A stretch of 46,782 nucleotides of DNA, from contig JAUCBJ010006758.1 of assembly GCA_032718475.1 (NCBI GenBank), positions 1-46,782 on the forward strand, read 5' to 3'. Origin of the DNA: Nemertoderma westbladi. Taxonomy: Eukaryota > Animalia > Xenacoelomorpha. The notes under the pieces are model-generated. The model had not been told where the DNA came from. It did not search any database and saw only the letters and a program-made list of their open reading frames with translations. Made by a program: the position numbers and the translations under genes. This document shows positions 11,801-21,970 of this stretch, in pieces. The number at the start of each line of letters is the position of its first letter. The first letter of the stretch is position 1.

Positions 11801-13037
11801 TAGTAAACCAGACCGACTGGCCATATCCAAATATTTGGTTTCTAACTGAAATATAATGCGCTTCACTGTCTGTTGCAAGTAATGTGCGTAAATCCATTTG
11901 TGCCTCATGTAGTTGTTCATTTGAGAATGACCGGCTAGACTTCATATAGAAGCGCAAATTACGTTTTAAATGGTTATAGCAATATAAATGACAACTATTG
12001 GCAAAATAGTTGCCCAACTTGTACTCACGATCAGAAACTATATTTACTTTTGCTTTATCTAAGAACATGAGAAACTCAGTTCTCATGTACCGCCAAAAGT
12101 CATCATGAAACATAGCATCCTTGAATTCATGTATAAAATATGCGAGTGGTATGATAGGTTCGCTGTCCATCATTGTGTCACAATATAACATTGGTGTGAC
12201 ATATAAGTATTCTGCAATACTAAATGTGGTATCATAGAACATAAATATCGGTTGGCCCCTTGAGTACCGAACAACAGCTTTAAAATTTGCAACTGTTTCA
12301 CGGGATACTAAATATATCTGGACATTTCTGTGAATGATAATTTTTTCTATGAAATTACAAGAATGTGCTAATTCAACAAGATTGTAGAGAGCATCCTGTG
12401 TAAAACGGTATATCTTTCTTTTAGATAATACAATATTCTCAACTTGTTTGGCATTCTTAGGTCGATCCATTATAGCAGAAGGACCTCCAGGATCTGATAA
12501 TACCAATTTTCTGTATACAGGTTGTGCACTTGCTCCTTTACGAAGGACACTTTCACTTAACACCGTATCCTTGACTCGATAAGATGATCTAAAGTGATGG
12601 TGGGGTACAAGACCTTTAGCATTCCCATGCGGCCTGTCATGTTCATCTGCTGTTATTGACCCAATATAATGAATTAATATGTACTTGGGGTCATTTTCCA
12701 CATTAAGTTCAATTTTTTTAAACTTCTCTGGTGCACTTGAACGATCCTTTAAGGTAATATAAAAGTATGACCGTTTCATTTTCTTGGGAATTTTAATAAT
12801 TTTACTACCACCATGTTCCCATATCCATCCATCAACACGAATCCCCTGATGCCATAGTTTTTTCCTTGAACTTATTGGAGGCATTTCAAAGACGTATATT
12901 GGACCTCCAGAATGGGGTCTAATGATCCGTGCCGATGAGTTATTTACCAAATGGGAATCTGGGCACATTAAAATTTTATAATAATCATCAAATGATTTTT
13001 TACCTTCTGAATGACAATAAATTTTTGCCATTGACAT
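8838..13037 (-). CDS. MULE-family DDE transposase, 1399 aa, with CG-1-like N-terminus, SWIM, Ulp1-like relic, PHD and C-terminal papain/USP-like domain
   Basis: FYDTTF (D1), IVSDRE (D2), CYNH (CxxH) and TNNASESFN (E) are the MULE core. SWIM: CSC..VCVH. PHD: LYCICREP..MVQC..C..WWC..C..WKCPYC. C-terminus: NTCSIDN...HYTS...YYYDG. Uninterrupted frame. Confidence 0.88.
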   Translation of the reverse strand: MSMAKIYCHSEGKKSFDDYYKILMCPDSHLVNNSSARIIRPHSGGPIYVFEMPPISSRKKLWHQGIRVDGWIWEHGGSKIIKIPKKMKRSYFYITLKDRSSAPEKFKKIELNVENDPKYILIHYIGSITADEHDRPHGNAKGLVPHHHFRSSYRVKDTVLSESVLRKGASAQPVYRKLVLSDPGGPSAIMDRPKNAKQVENIVLSKRKIYRFTQDALYNLVELAHSCNFIEKIIIHRNVQIYLVSRETVANFKAVVRYSRGQPIFMFYDTTFSIAEYLYVTPMLYCDTMMDSEPIIPLAYFIHEFKDAMFHDDFWRYMRTEFLMFLDKAKVNIVSDREYKLGNYFANSCHLYCYNHLKRNLRFYMKSSRSFSNEQLHEAQMDLRTLLATDSEAHYISVRNQIFGYGQSVWFTNKDLREYFFSHLQPSILEGAGSWVLAKHGVRYPKEGITNNASESFNAVLHRLTAWHVRPLDVIALSFFYLQQWYEREQMCALYGIGSFTLNCRLGHLLESAEDFPIQTPILTPEEIVPHLMNLASKSALNHVKAKKTDEVLDENITTVNIDQNRSLIEDDEEVTRTNEVLDENTTTVNLAQNRSLIEDDKEMKRIEMLDEDISTLNLAQLRSLIEDEEVNKTDEVLEENISTLNLAQNISLIEDNKEIQITEMLDGKTSTVLGKLSAQSLAHQFANQGRVHNISHLKLWIVEDFSKVSHAVSLYSKPPRCSCRQPSVCVHLRAAYIASGTYCSENPKPRKNVTELRRALMPKSLQPKGKKKPSNGDMNPQLRLKHKLDFDETEECKLFKIDEKENSEIVRNSHTTIALDDIDIEDRELEQNMLTSIALDDIEDSELGESKHEKVGNENNESIKTNDQNDTGINRALESLSKQFPTVIAFNKVLQVSFDEKCPRKIEYPGQLAVINLDQTGELFLIHTSTTSVVKVYIATEEFSNSTVITAARVAKDMAKNNKMSITIQKGHSCGESNRGLYLIAVAVSICLDKNPTKHAIILDQMEQHLNGCLVNGNFTMFPFKLQKNMQRPADKISTNLYCICREPFIKGFSEVGNPMVQCGVKEKNRNDKCPSWWCKPCGKFPQNLLDSPVKKKWKCPYCNPPNTLPWGGDSLTNTCSIDNCLTIFWVFSKDVAPSFICGHTDVELTLRATLHSFDTDVDKDVGKIIWVQYIEALCAQLNIKPMPKLSAQGVWNVYGSEFKYCVEPFQDLFSFNKLLECSNVLCPKRDIDVTVDLVYFPIITEDDKVYEVLNELLNKPSFLKNSQWATRSYSTSCSDCKTGMRTIKHLELSNRHSWFLPIDVSNLKCSRARELPLSITCTAGTFLLGGVTIYKKKHYTSLIVYNKSLYYYDGITSVRVGHIDTSNMQDLLEGAKLQNALYLKPSKTWKALNQSDN
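11020..11400 (-). repeat. Coding tandem repeat, ~4.5 x 27-29 aa acidic unit inside the transposase
   Basis: (K/R)TDEVLDENxxTxNLAQNRSLIED(D)EEV repeated in frame between the DDE core and SWIM. Confidence 0.9.
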
Positions 13038-13673
13038 TTTTATCGAACGTGGTAGGTACTATGCTAGTTAGTAATTGCTTTCCTGGCTAAGTTGATATGT
13101 GTAGGAGGTAGGTATGATGATCAGAACACATTAATAACCGCGTTATTTTTTTTAGTTTTATGAAGGTATAGGCATGTAGCTTTCTAGCCATTATACTATA
13201 GAAACTGACATGTGATGACTGTCCGACTTGTACACCATACGATACGATCTGTATCATGGCCTACTACTGTACAGTACATTAAAAAGTTCTAACTAAGACA
13301 TAATCTCTGTATCTATACAGTACTATACTCTATCTGTTCTGTATTATGTACTGCCCACGTGTAAGTAGCTATGTGCTATGTGGTGTGGGTACGGTACGTA
13401 ATGAAAATGTTAAGAAACAACAAACAAGATCTGCCATGAGCAGTATACGCAGTACTGTAGTTATGTCGTTTTTAAATGAATTTTACAGATTTTGCGTTCC
13501 GTATACTGTACCTTAGCTTAGAAGATGGCATATGGTTCCAGACCTCTGGTGCGCGCACTCTGATTGATTGTCCAGCAATCTCCAGACGCAGGGCGTGGCC
13601 TACATTTTAATGGCACAATGAATAACGTATAGTATGTATTGTAGGAAATGATAATTGCCCCGACGGGGGGTGG

Positions 13674-13880
13674 TTCTGCGTCGTTAGTTCCTTTGGCCTT
13701 TAGGTCCTGTATCATTATGTGTCATACACTGTATATATCTACTGAATTATGCCAGGACCTAACGACGCAAGACCTAATGTCAGAATGTCTCAGCCTCAGG
13801 ACCTAATGATGCGGGACCTAAGGACAACTCACAGGAACTAAAGACCAAGAGACGCAGGACCTAACGGCCAAAGAACCTAC
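13674..13880. repeat. Cluster of GGACCTAA-type motifs in direct and inverted orientation
   Basis: About six GGACCTAA/GGAACTAA copies at 13755-13880, with inverted copies (TTAGTTCC, TTAGGTCC) at 13684-13709. Resembles transposon subterminal repeats. Confidence 0.55.
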
Positions 13881-14823
13881 TGTAATGAAGCGTTAGCGAT
13901 GCCGGTAGGGGATGGGGTGGTGGTGACAAAATCCGAGGTCACATTCAAGGCCATGTCACATCGGTAATCAATGGTAATTTCATTTTGGTTATACCGTAGT
14001 GTACTACTGTACAGTAGGTACTATACTGTACTGTGTAGTGTATAGTATACAGTGTAGGGCCTACTACAATGCTAGACAGCTAGATATATAAAGTGGGAAA
14101 TAAGGCCGTGTGATAATTCCCACGGATGAATATGATGCAGGGCTACCTATAGGCCTACTGTCTACTGTATATAGACAAAGACAGAAAGATACTCCCTGTA
14201 ATAAAGTAAACACCGCTGTATCTGTGTATAGCAGCCAGCAGTAATACTATTTAACCTTGTTTCATTGGCTGGAATATTACTATCCTTGTTTTATTGGCTG
14301 GAATATTTTTTCATTGGCCAATCCAAGCATGGACCGGCTTTTATGGACCGACTTTTAGGGGTCAGGACCGACCAGGTTTTACCCGGTCCTAGTTTTGGAT
14401 AAATCCCCCGTAGACTATCATTGGGACCGGCGGACCGGGTTTTAGGGGTCTTGGGGACCGGGACCGGGGACCGGGACCGGACCGGGTTTTAGGGAGGCCC
14501 AATAGAGTATAATAAAAGATGTATTATTTGTTTGAAAGTGTGTCATGCAGCATATCATTTGATAGAGAATTACAAATTGCACATAAATAATGCGCATAAA
14601 TATTTCTAAGCCCAAGCATAAGCTTATTTGGATTTATCGCGATAACCCGCTCTATCGCAAAATATCGCCAAAGTGCGAAAATACAAAAGCTCGTTGGGCA
14701 ACCCCTAGATATCAATATTTATGGCTAAAAATTGGCATGGGTTTGTTTTATAACCTCTTCCATCAAATGGAAAACGTCCCCATATGAATTTCAAAAATTC
14801 GATTTTTATGAAGGTACCTAAAA

Positions 14824-15450
14824 GAGCATGTGGACGACTTCTGTTACCTGGGATCATGGATCCGGAAGTCAGGTGAGGACCTTCGAATACGTAAGGGAAA
14901 GGCATGGGCAGCCTTGAATAGGCTTTCCAGGATTTGGAAGTCACCTAGAATTAATCGGAAACTTAAGGTCCGATTATTTAGAGCAGCAGTAGTTCCAGTA
15001 CTCCTCTACGGGAGTCCATGCTGGGCTCTAACTGCTGAGGACACCAAATCTCTGGATGGCACATTCACAAGAATGCTACGCCGGGTACATTGTGTCAAGT
15101 ACAATGCACACATCTCCAACCAGACACTATATAACATTGGAGGTGTCTCATTGGTTCCCCCAAGCTTGACACTAGAACAAAATCGCCTCCGCTTTGCAGG
15201 ACATTGCTTTCGCCGTGAGGACCAGCCAGTGCATAATCTTGTACTTTGGCAGCCTCATGGAGTGAATAAGCATGGTGGACAGCCTATGACTTTCTTGAGA
15301 CGCATCTTAAAGGACACTGGCCTTAAAGATGCGGATGATCTAGCAAATGTCATGGGTGATAGGGAGTTGTGGCGGTGCAATATTGTTGACAAGCCGGCAC
15401 AGCATTCTTAAAAATGCAGCTGCAATGCAGCATGCCGATCCTAGTAGTAG
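14824..15450 (+). mobile_element. Young 5'-truncated RTE family 1 copy (C-terminal 193 aa open)
   Basis: DDFCYLGSWI..RIRKGKAW..LFRAAVVPVLLYG..W ORF at 14830-15411. Tail CTAGTAGTAG. No TSD. Confidence 0.88.
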
Positions 15451-15908
15451 GGATCCGGTTCTTTAGATCCACCAACAGCTCCTTGTTTATCGAGATCTAC
15501 GTCATTAGACCAGCATCCCGTCGGTTCTCCAGCTGCTCCCGAATTAGGTGGATTGGCGACACAAACGTGGTAAAGTTCGCACTTTCTGCACAATTCGGTG
15601 TCGCAACGTTCGCAGGGAATCGTTCCTTTGTTTTTTCTGCACTCGTCACATGTTTTTTCTTTTCGAATCATATCAATCATAGAAGTGACGACATGACTTA
15701 CTGTCGGCAAAGAATCCAGTTTATCTACCTCGGTGGAATTCCGACAACGAGGACATTCCAACGAAAATCCATCACCGCGTTGATTAGAAAATTTTACGAT
15801 ACATTTGTAACAGAAACAGTGGGAGCAGTTGATTAAAACTCGTGGCTGATGTAAAAGTCGTAGACATACGGAACATTCGAACTCTCGCTCTACTTGCTCC
15901 CGGTCCAT
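15441..15908 (-). CDS. Truncated TRIM-like duplicate: RING + B-box 1 only (155 aa); possibly a pseudogene
   Basis: Close paralogue of the first ~153 aa of 29316-31349. The frame is ended by the antisense LINE tail (..DP-Y-Y-stop). Confidence 0.75.
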   Translation of the reverse strand: MDREQVEREFECSVCLRLLHQPRVLINCSHCFCYKCIVKFSNQRGDGFSLECPRCRNSTEVDKLDSLPTVSHVVTSMIDMIRKEKTCDECRKNKGTIPCERCDTELCRKCELYHVCVANPPNSGAAGEPTGCWSNDVDLDKQGAVGGSKEPDPYY

Positions 15909-16720
15909 TGCTGCATTGTCTGATTGTAGTCCAGTAGTCTGGCCTGGCTGTTTGGTACCGGTAGTTGCGGTTTAGTTCAGTACAGCAGTACAGCAGTACT
16001 GCAGTAGCCTACTCGCTACTCCAGTTTACTCCTGTACTCTAATCCATAATCTGCTAATGCAGTTAATCAAATCCTCTAGTCCTGTACATTCAGCTGTACA
16101 GGCCACAGGCTGTAGTCATTCATAAGCTTAAAATACATCAGATGCCGGTTTCACTCCCCATCCCATACAAAATCACCCCCCTTTTAAAATTCCCTAGTGT
16201 ATTCTCACTCCCGGGGTGTATTTTCACTAGTGTATTTTAACCCCCTCTAGTGAAAATTCACCCCTGCATTTATAAATTTCCACTCTGTATGCAAATCCAT
16301 TCCCGGTTAAATTTCCCTAGTGTATTCTCACTCCCAGTGTATATTTTCTTGTATCTTCTACAGTAACTTTACTATATACAAATCTCCAGCGTATGTTTGT
16401 CTGTGTACTAGAGGTATTTGTGGTCTTAACTGTAGGCTTATATTGAATTTAAATTATATTGAACTTTAAAATATCATGGGGGTTAGAATACACTGAGGAG
16501 GGCGAGGGGGGTTAAAGTTCACTAAAAAATCACCCGTGTAGTTTCACCCCCGGTTAAAATACCCTCGTGAATTGGAATTCTAACCGGGGGGTTAAAATAC
16601 ACTAGTGAATTTAAACCGGGGGGTGAATTTTTAGGGGGGTGAAAATTCTCAGCTACACCCGGGTGGCATATTTATTTACAAACCCTATACAGTCTCATAG
16701 ATAATTTATTTAACATTAAG
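15450..16720. repeat. Segmental duplication copy A (TRIM 5' half plus upstream region)
   Basis: 15450-16141 matches 30891-31526, and 16142-16720 matches 41258-41881. Copy B is split by a 9.7-kb insertion. Confidence 0.9.
16145..16663. mobile_element. MITE-like element with internal TTAACCGGGGG / TTTCACCCC repeats (second copy 41261-41827)
   Basis: Quasi-palindromic array of (TT)TTCAC(T/C)CCC and CCGGGGG(T)GAAAAT motifs bounded by CCGG. Present in both duplicated segments. Confidence 0.55.
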
Positions 16721-18171
16721 TAAGGCAGCATCAGGAGTTGAAGAGTACAATAATTGGAATCGCAGTAACTATGGAAGCAATGTGGTAAAATACTACAGTT
16801 CAATTTATTTTCTAACACAATCTTTGAAAAAAGTACCAATTTAAGAACAAAATTACGTATCACATGGGAATAAACGTAGAACATATATTTTTCAATATTC
16901 TCTCGGCCCTTTATTAACTTCGATGGCGCTCGGTAAATAAAATGTCTCGAGAACAATGAATAAAATTTCTACTTTTCCCATGTAATAAATAATTATTATG
17001 AAATTAACTACACTTTATGCGCATGGTTACTATTCTTAACAGAATAAGACAAACCATTTGAAATATTAGTAATAATGCCAACAATTAATTATTAAAACAT
17101 TAGCCAACAAATTTCTACAAATTCGCAGCGCCATCTAGAGGTCCAAAATAATTTTTAAAATTGTCCAATAGATATAAGATATTATTGATCGTCTTTATTA
17201 ATTGCTCCTTAAATTAGTGGGAAGTTATTCATTCGAGTTCAATAGATAGGATAATAGTGTTTGGTTAACTCAGTATTTACCGCACTATTTCAATATATCA
17301 TGTCTACCTAACCATTTTAGCATATAAAGTGAAGGAGATAAATTATTATAGTTCTTGAATATCTATAGTGTAGTTGCCAAGTTAACCTGATTCAAATTTC
17401 TGAAGGAAGGCCACTGAATTACGTCACTGAATTACGTCACTGAATTACCAGATAGTGAATTCATTATATGTTACATTAGCAGTAAAATAAGATATCGTGT
17501 CTGTGAGTTGAGTATCATTTTGGATCGAGAAAACCATTGAGGTCGGTAATTTCCTACTTTATGAGATCGCCCGGGCATTTCTTCCTCTAAGATTTGGCCC
17601 GAGGATGTAAATCTCCTTAGTAGATTATCCTCCATCCCCTTCTTACAACAGAAAACTAACTGAAATAAAACTAAGTAGTTGTACTCTTTAAAAACGAACC
17701 TGCCTTGTATTACAGTAGATAAATAAAATAAAGAAGTTGTTTTGTTTTAAAGATAATAAAATAAAATGTAAAAATGTGTTGGCCTACTCTCAAAAAAAAT
17801 CGAGCAAAAATATTTATTGTATTTAGTAGTGTTGCTACGATACAGCGATTAACAATACTTTCACTTTACCCTTGAGTGTATAAAATTGTACAACACAAAA
17901 GTTGGTTTCGGTTATAAGCATTTTTGATTTTCTCCATTTATAACGTGGGGAGCGCGCGCCCCTCTAGTTACAGTGTCGTAAGTCTCAGAAGGGGAATAAA
18001 GAATACAGAGCAAGTAGTGAAGTACGTCGTATAACGACAACAATACAGCCAAGTACGGTAGGGTTGAGCACAGTGGCAGCATATGATGGTATTGACTGAT
18101 GGGAGGCCATGAGGAGGTAAGTTGCGGACATACAAGGTATCAGATAGTATTTCTAAGTCTACCTTTTACCT

Positions 18172-18330
18172 GAGCCGCTAGCTGAATGGTTAGAGCGTCA
18201 GGCTTTCAACCCGGAGGTCATCAGTTCGATCCCACCTGGATGTCATTGCCGACTTTGCAAAGCTGTGCCCAACAAAGAGTTATAATAATGGCGGTGGGAC
18301 ACGCCCTTCAGTTCCAAAATTATTACTGAT
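18172..18330 (+). mobile_element. tRNA-derived SINE-like element
   Basis: A box TAGCTGAATGG and B box GTTCGATCCC at tRNA spacing, but the acceptor stem does not pair. The body (ACTTTGCAAAGCTGTGCCCAACAAAGAGTTATAAT) recurs at ~7490-7525. Confidence 0.6.
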
Positions 18331-19096
18331 TTTTTTAAACATTATGTTTATTCTTTACAAAATAATGCAAATAAGTTTTCTAACCACAGAACACCATGCT
18401 CGCTATGTCAATATTAACAAAGAGCTTCAGAGTGTCAAAAGAAATCAATTAAGTGCTCTGTTAAGGTTATCTAAAGTCATCAACTATGATTGTGAGGTAA
18501 TCAATTAATTTTTTAATCATTAAAAACATCTGAGGAAAATAATAGAACGAGGTAGATAGACAATAAAGCGAGTTAAGGGAAATAAACAATACAACTTAGA
18601 CAATTCAATTTATTAGACATCATGGTTGAATTGGATAAAATTAACCAAAAACAACCAATTATTTTATCGGGAAAAATCTCGAACAAGAGGGAAAAATAAT
18701 TTCTAATTTAATAATTAATTAGATAGATATTAAAGTAATGCGTTATTATTGACAGTGTGATAAACTAATTCTGATAAATATAAACAAACCGCACACAAAA
18801 ATAAAAAGAACCCATTGGCTAATTTAATTGAAATACAACTGAGTGGTAATACTTTTACTATAAGGTTAAATATATGTGACGATTGTTTACACCCACCACC
18901 ACCACCATTGAAACCTCCGTAGAGCAACGTTTCCATGACAACCGCCAGTCTATTCGTCACCTTAATGTTCCAATAACCCGCCCTCCTCTACAAATAAATA
19001 AAGCACATTGAGTTGACCCCACCAGCACAACCATCGACGCGCGCGATTGATTGGTTAACCGGTAGGAATAAAACAGCCTTACGATTCGGCCAATAG

Positions 19097-19490
19097 CTAG
19101 CTGTTCTGTTGGGAGTCACCGTTAAGCATAGCCTCAGCGGAGCCGTTTAATTGGTCGGCTGAAACGCTCGAAGTCCTTAGGGGCGAGTGGGGGGAAGCCA
19201 GTTGGGCCTTCAACTGCGTGGCGACTTGGCGTTCAGACTGTAACGCGATATCCCGCTCCGTTCTCAGTTCAACCATCTCCTCTTTTATCGCCTCCAACTC
19301 CGCTCGCGTCGCTTCCAACTCGATGGCGGAGTCGTCCATGCCCTCCTTCCATTTGGTGTGCTCGGTATCAACTGACGCTTCCAGCTCGTGTAGGATTGTT
19401 TCAGTTTGATCGAGACCCAACTTAAACTGATCGCATTTGGTCTGTAGACTACTGTTCTCGGATTCAGCGGAAGCTAGACGAGAGTGCAAA
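19097..19490 (-). CDS. Terminal exon of a kinectin/ribosome-binding protein 1 (RRBP1/KTN1)-like coiled-coil gene
   Basis: Acceptor TTACAG, phase 2 joining the upstream exon (GA|T). CDQFKLGLDQTETILHELEASVDTEHTKWK resembles the KTN1/RRBP1 C-terminal motif. Stop TAG. Confidence 0.75.
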
Positions 19491-20122
19491 CTGTAATCAA
19501 CAATTAAAAATAAGTGAGAAACATTGAAATATGAACAAAAATAATAATTTCTAATTATTTATAAAAAATTAAAAATGTATTATTAGATGTGAACTTTATG
19601 ATTGTAATGCGAATAGATTTACTTCGGGAACGAAACGAGGAAAGTGAGTATCAACAACGAGTTGCACCCATTGAGAATATCCAGGTTTTCAATAATTTTC
19701 CGTAAGTCTATTTATCGGAATTTTATATAGGAAGATTTTGTATTTTATTAAATTAACCTTATTAAGTGTTTTAGAGCTCTTATTTCTGTCAGATAACCTG
19801 TACAGATTCAAATTCGTTTATTGTTTTGGTTAGATTCAGCCATTCTGGAACCAGGATTTTTAGGGAAGACCTGGAATTCTTCACATGGGAGCAAACTGCA
19901 AAGTGAAATATAACAGCAGAGGTCGCAACCCATCAGAGTTTAAATTTCATTGTCAAATTTGTTAAATACCACAAAAAAAAAACCAAAAGTTCGCAATCAA
20001 CTCAAACCATTGGAAAAAAAATCACACATTATACATTGGACCAAAGTCACTCACTCACAGCAGTTGTACAGATTTGTGAGACAAGGCGGGAGTCCAGATT
20101 GGGTAAGTTAACATTCACTTAC

Positions 20123-20295
20123 TCGGTAATCTGAGTTTCCAGATCCAGAAATCTGGATTCCAGATAATTGGTTACTTTGTCCTCATACTCGGCGTCCCAT
20201 TGGTCAATATTCTCGGGAATATCAACATCAGGAAATAGTTTCTGGAACACGGAGTACTGGTCATGTAAAGCCCGTCTTTGGGCTTCCTTGGCAAC
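20123..20295 (-). CDS. Internal exon of the kinectin/RRBP1-like gene
   Basis: ATACAG|GTTGCC...ACCGA|GTAAGT. Open frame VAKEAQRRALHDQYSVFQKLFPDVDIPENIDQWDAEYEDK..., and phases fit both neighbours. Confidence 0.75.
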
Positions 20296-20421
20296 CTGTA
20301 TTGGAAATATAGCGAGTTAAAAACAATTGAGAATAAAAGGGACATATAAACATATAGAATGGGTGGCTGAATAAATAATATATATTGAGAAGTGTCTCGT
20401 GTTGTTTTGGGCGGCGGTCAC

Positions 20422-20508
20422 CGAAGGAGGCAGGTCGCTCTCCTCTAGTCCAACACTGTCTCCATGGAGGTCGTCGTTCGTGCTGTGCGGTGTCTGCATA
20501 TTGTCGGA
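20422..20508 (-). CDS. Candidate 87-nt phase-0 cassette exon of the kinectin/RRBP1-like gene
   Basis: GC-rich island, TTTCCCAAG|TCC...TCG|GTGACC, open frame SDNMQTPHSTNDDLHGDSVGLEESDLPPS. Splice sites are weak. Confidence 0.35.
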
Positions 20509-21101
20509 CTTGGGAAATGTAAAGAAAAGAAAGAAACTTTCCGAGACATTTTTCCGGAAATTTCCGATTTTATTAATTATGTACAGTATTATAAAATTTA
20601 CTTTTAATATGAAATATTTACAGAATAACTTCTTATTAATTGCATAAAATGTAATAATAAGATTTGAACTAAAATTGTGATTGTGACTTTGTGTTTTGGC
20701 ATTGCATTGTTATATATTTTATATTGAACGCAATTTCGGAAATTAATACATTTTCAATTTTAAATATTTTACAATTTTACCTACAATTTGGCCAGTTTAT
20801 ACACAATCATTCTAAAAACAAATAGGAAAACACAAGTAGAGTAAATAACACTAGAAAGAAGTGATTCCTTCTCCGTTGTGTCGAGGCGGTTCGTTGTATT
20901 GGCTATTGTGGTCTTTACTACACGGGTGAAGTATACTTTTCCGGAAATTTCAGGAAATTGAAAAAACATTTCCGGAAAAATCACATAACTATGCCGGACA
21001 ACCACCCATTTATTGATTACGTAATTAAATTAAGTAAAATAAAAAATCAACTTAAATCCATTTGTTATACTGGGAAAGGGAACTTATAATAATGGCGATA
21101 C

Positions 21102-21212
21102 CTTAACGTCACCATCCTTCCGAACTGCTTCTAGTTGATTCAACTGCTCCATCATCTTCCAGTTCTTCTCCCGTAATTCATTGTTCATTAACTTCTGTTT
21201 ATCGACCTCTTT
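21102..21212 (-). CDS. 5'-truncated exon of the kinectin/RRBP1-like gene
   Basis: EVDKQKLMNNELREKNWKMMEQL matches the KNNDLREKNWKAMEAL signature of RRBP1/kinectin. Donor AAG|GTATCG. Confidence 0.75.
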
Positions 21213-21600
21213 GTTTAACCAAAGCGCGTCGGCCTGGTCCGCGACGCGGTCGAGGTCGCGGAAGTCCTCATCGGCGAGTTGGAGGCGGATGGCGTCGGGC
21301 ATCTGGCGGAGGAACGCCTCCTCGAACAACAGGCAGTGGTGGTCGTCACCGAAGCCATTCAAGTCCCAGAGCCGCACGGCGCGGTCGTGGCGGGAGAGTC
21401 TGAATACCTTGAGGAGTTTGGCCTTGATCTGGGCGTAATGGTTGACAGCAGGGGCGTCCTGGGTCAGCTGGAGGAGGCGGCTGGCGGTGTCTTGGTCGAG
21501 GGCCCCTACCAGTCACTGCAACTGTGCCTCGGCCTGTGCGAACCAGACCTCGGGCTGGTTAGTCCAGAAGGCGGGCAGTTTCAGGGCAACGGCATTTGCC
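21213..21600 (-). mobile_element. Gypsy-type gag fragment
   Basis: Minus frame AVALKLPAFWTNQPEVWFAQAEAQLQ*LVGALDQDTA...YAQIKAKLL..F.LS..DRA..L..LFEEAFLRQMPDAIR, the KLPxFW..PE.WF.Q.EAQF gag motif. High GC. Confidence 0.75.
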
Positions 21601-21970
21601 TCAGCCACGGTGAAGGCGCTGGGGTGGGGTGCGGGTTGCAGTTTGGCTCAACAAATCGTGCTGAGCAGTCAGCTCTCCAATGTGCAATGTGGCAGTACAC
21701 GTTCGTGGGGCCTTCGCGCAGCACGAGGCCCAGTTATGAGATACAAATTAAAATTGTGCGACTGTATCACAAAATCAGGTTATGAGAGATTAACCCACAC
21801 CACCAATTAATCAAAGAAAGGGGGACAGCACGTGTTCACCCCCTTTAATCTGCACCCCCCCCCCCCCCCCCTCCCCCACCCACCAATACATAACCGCGAC
21901 ATCTACCACCCACGGAAGGGTAGCACGAACTTATTTCCAAACGCACGTTCAATATGCAAAGCCAGGTGGT

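Larger units (their letters stand above)
6569..14500 (-). mobile_element. Mutator-like (MULE) DNA transposon, ~7.9 kb
   Basis: Near-identical ~240-bp TIRs at 6569-~6808 and ~14260-14500 (GGGCCTCCCTAAAA... / ...TTTTAGGGAGGCCC, rich in GGTCC repeats) enclose an intact transposase ORF. No TSD recognisable. Confidence 0.8.

Noticed and set aside
18172-18245. Functional tRNA gene (Glu-like loop CTTTCAA)
   Set aside because: The acceptor and T stems do not pair and the downstream body is repeated elsewhere, so a SINE head fits better.
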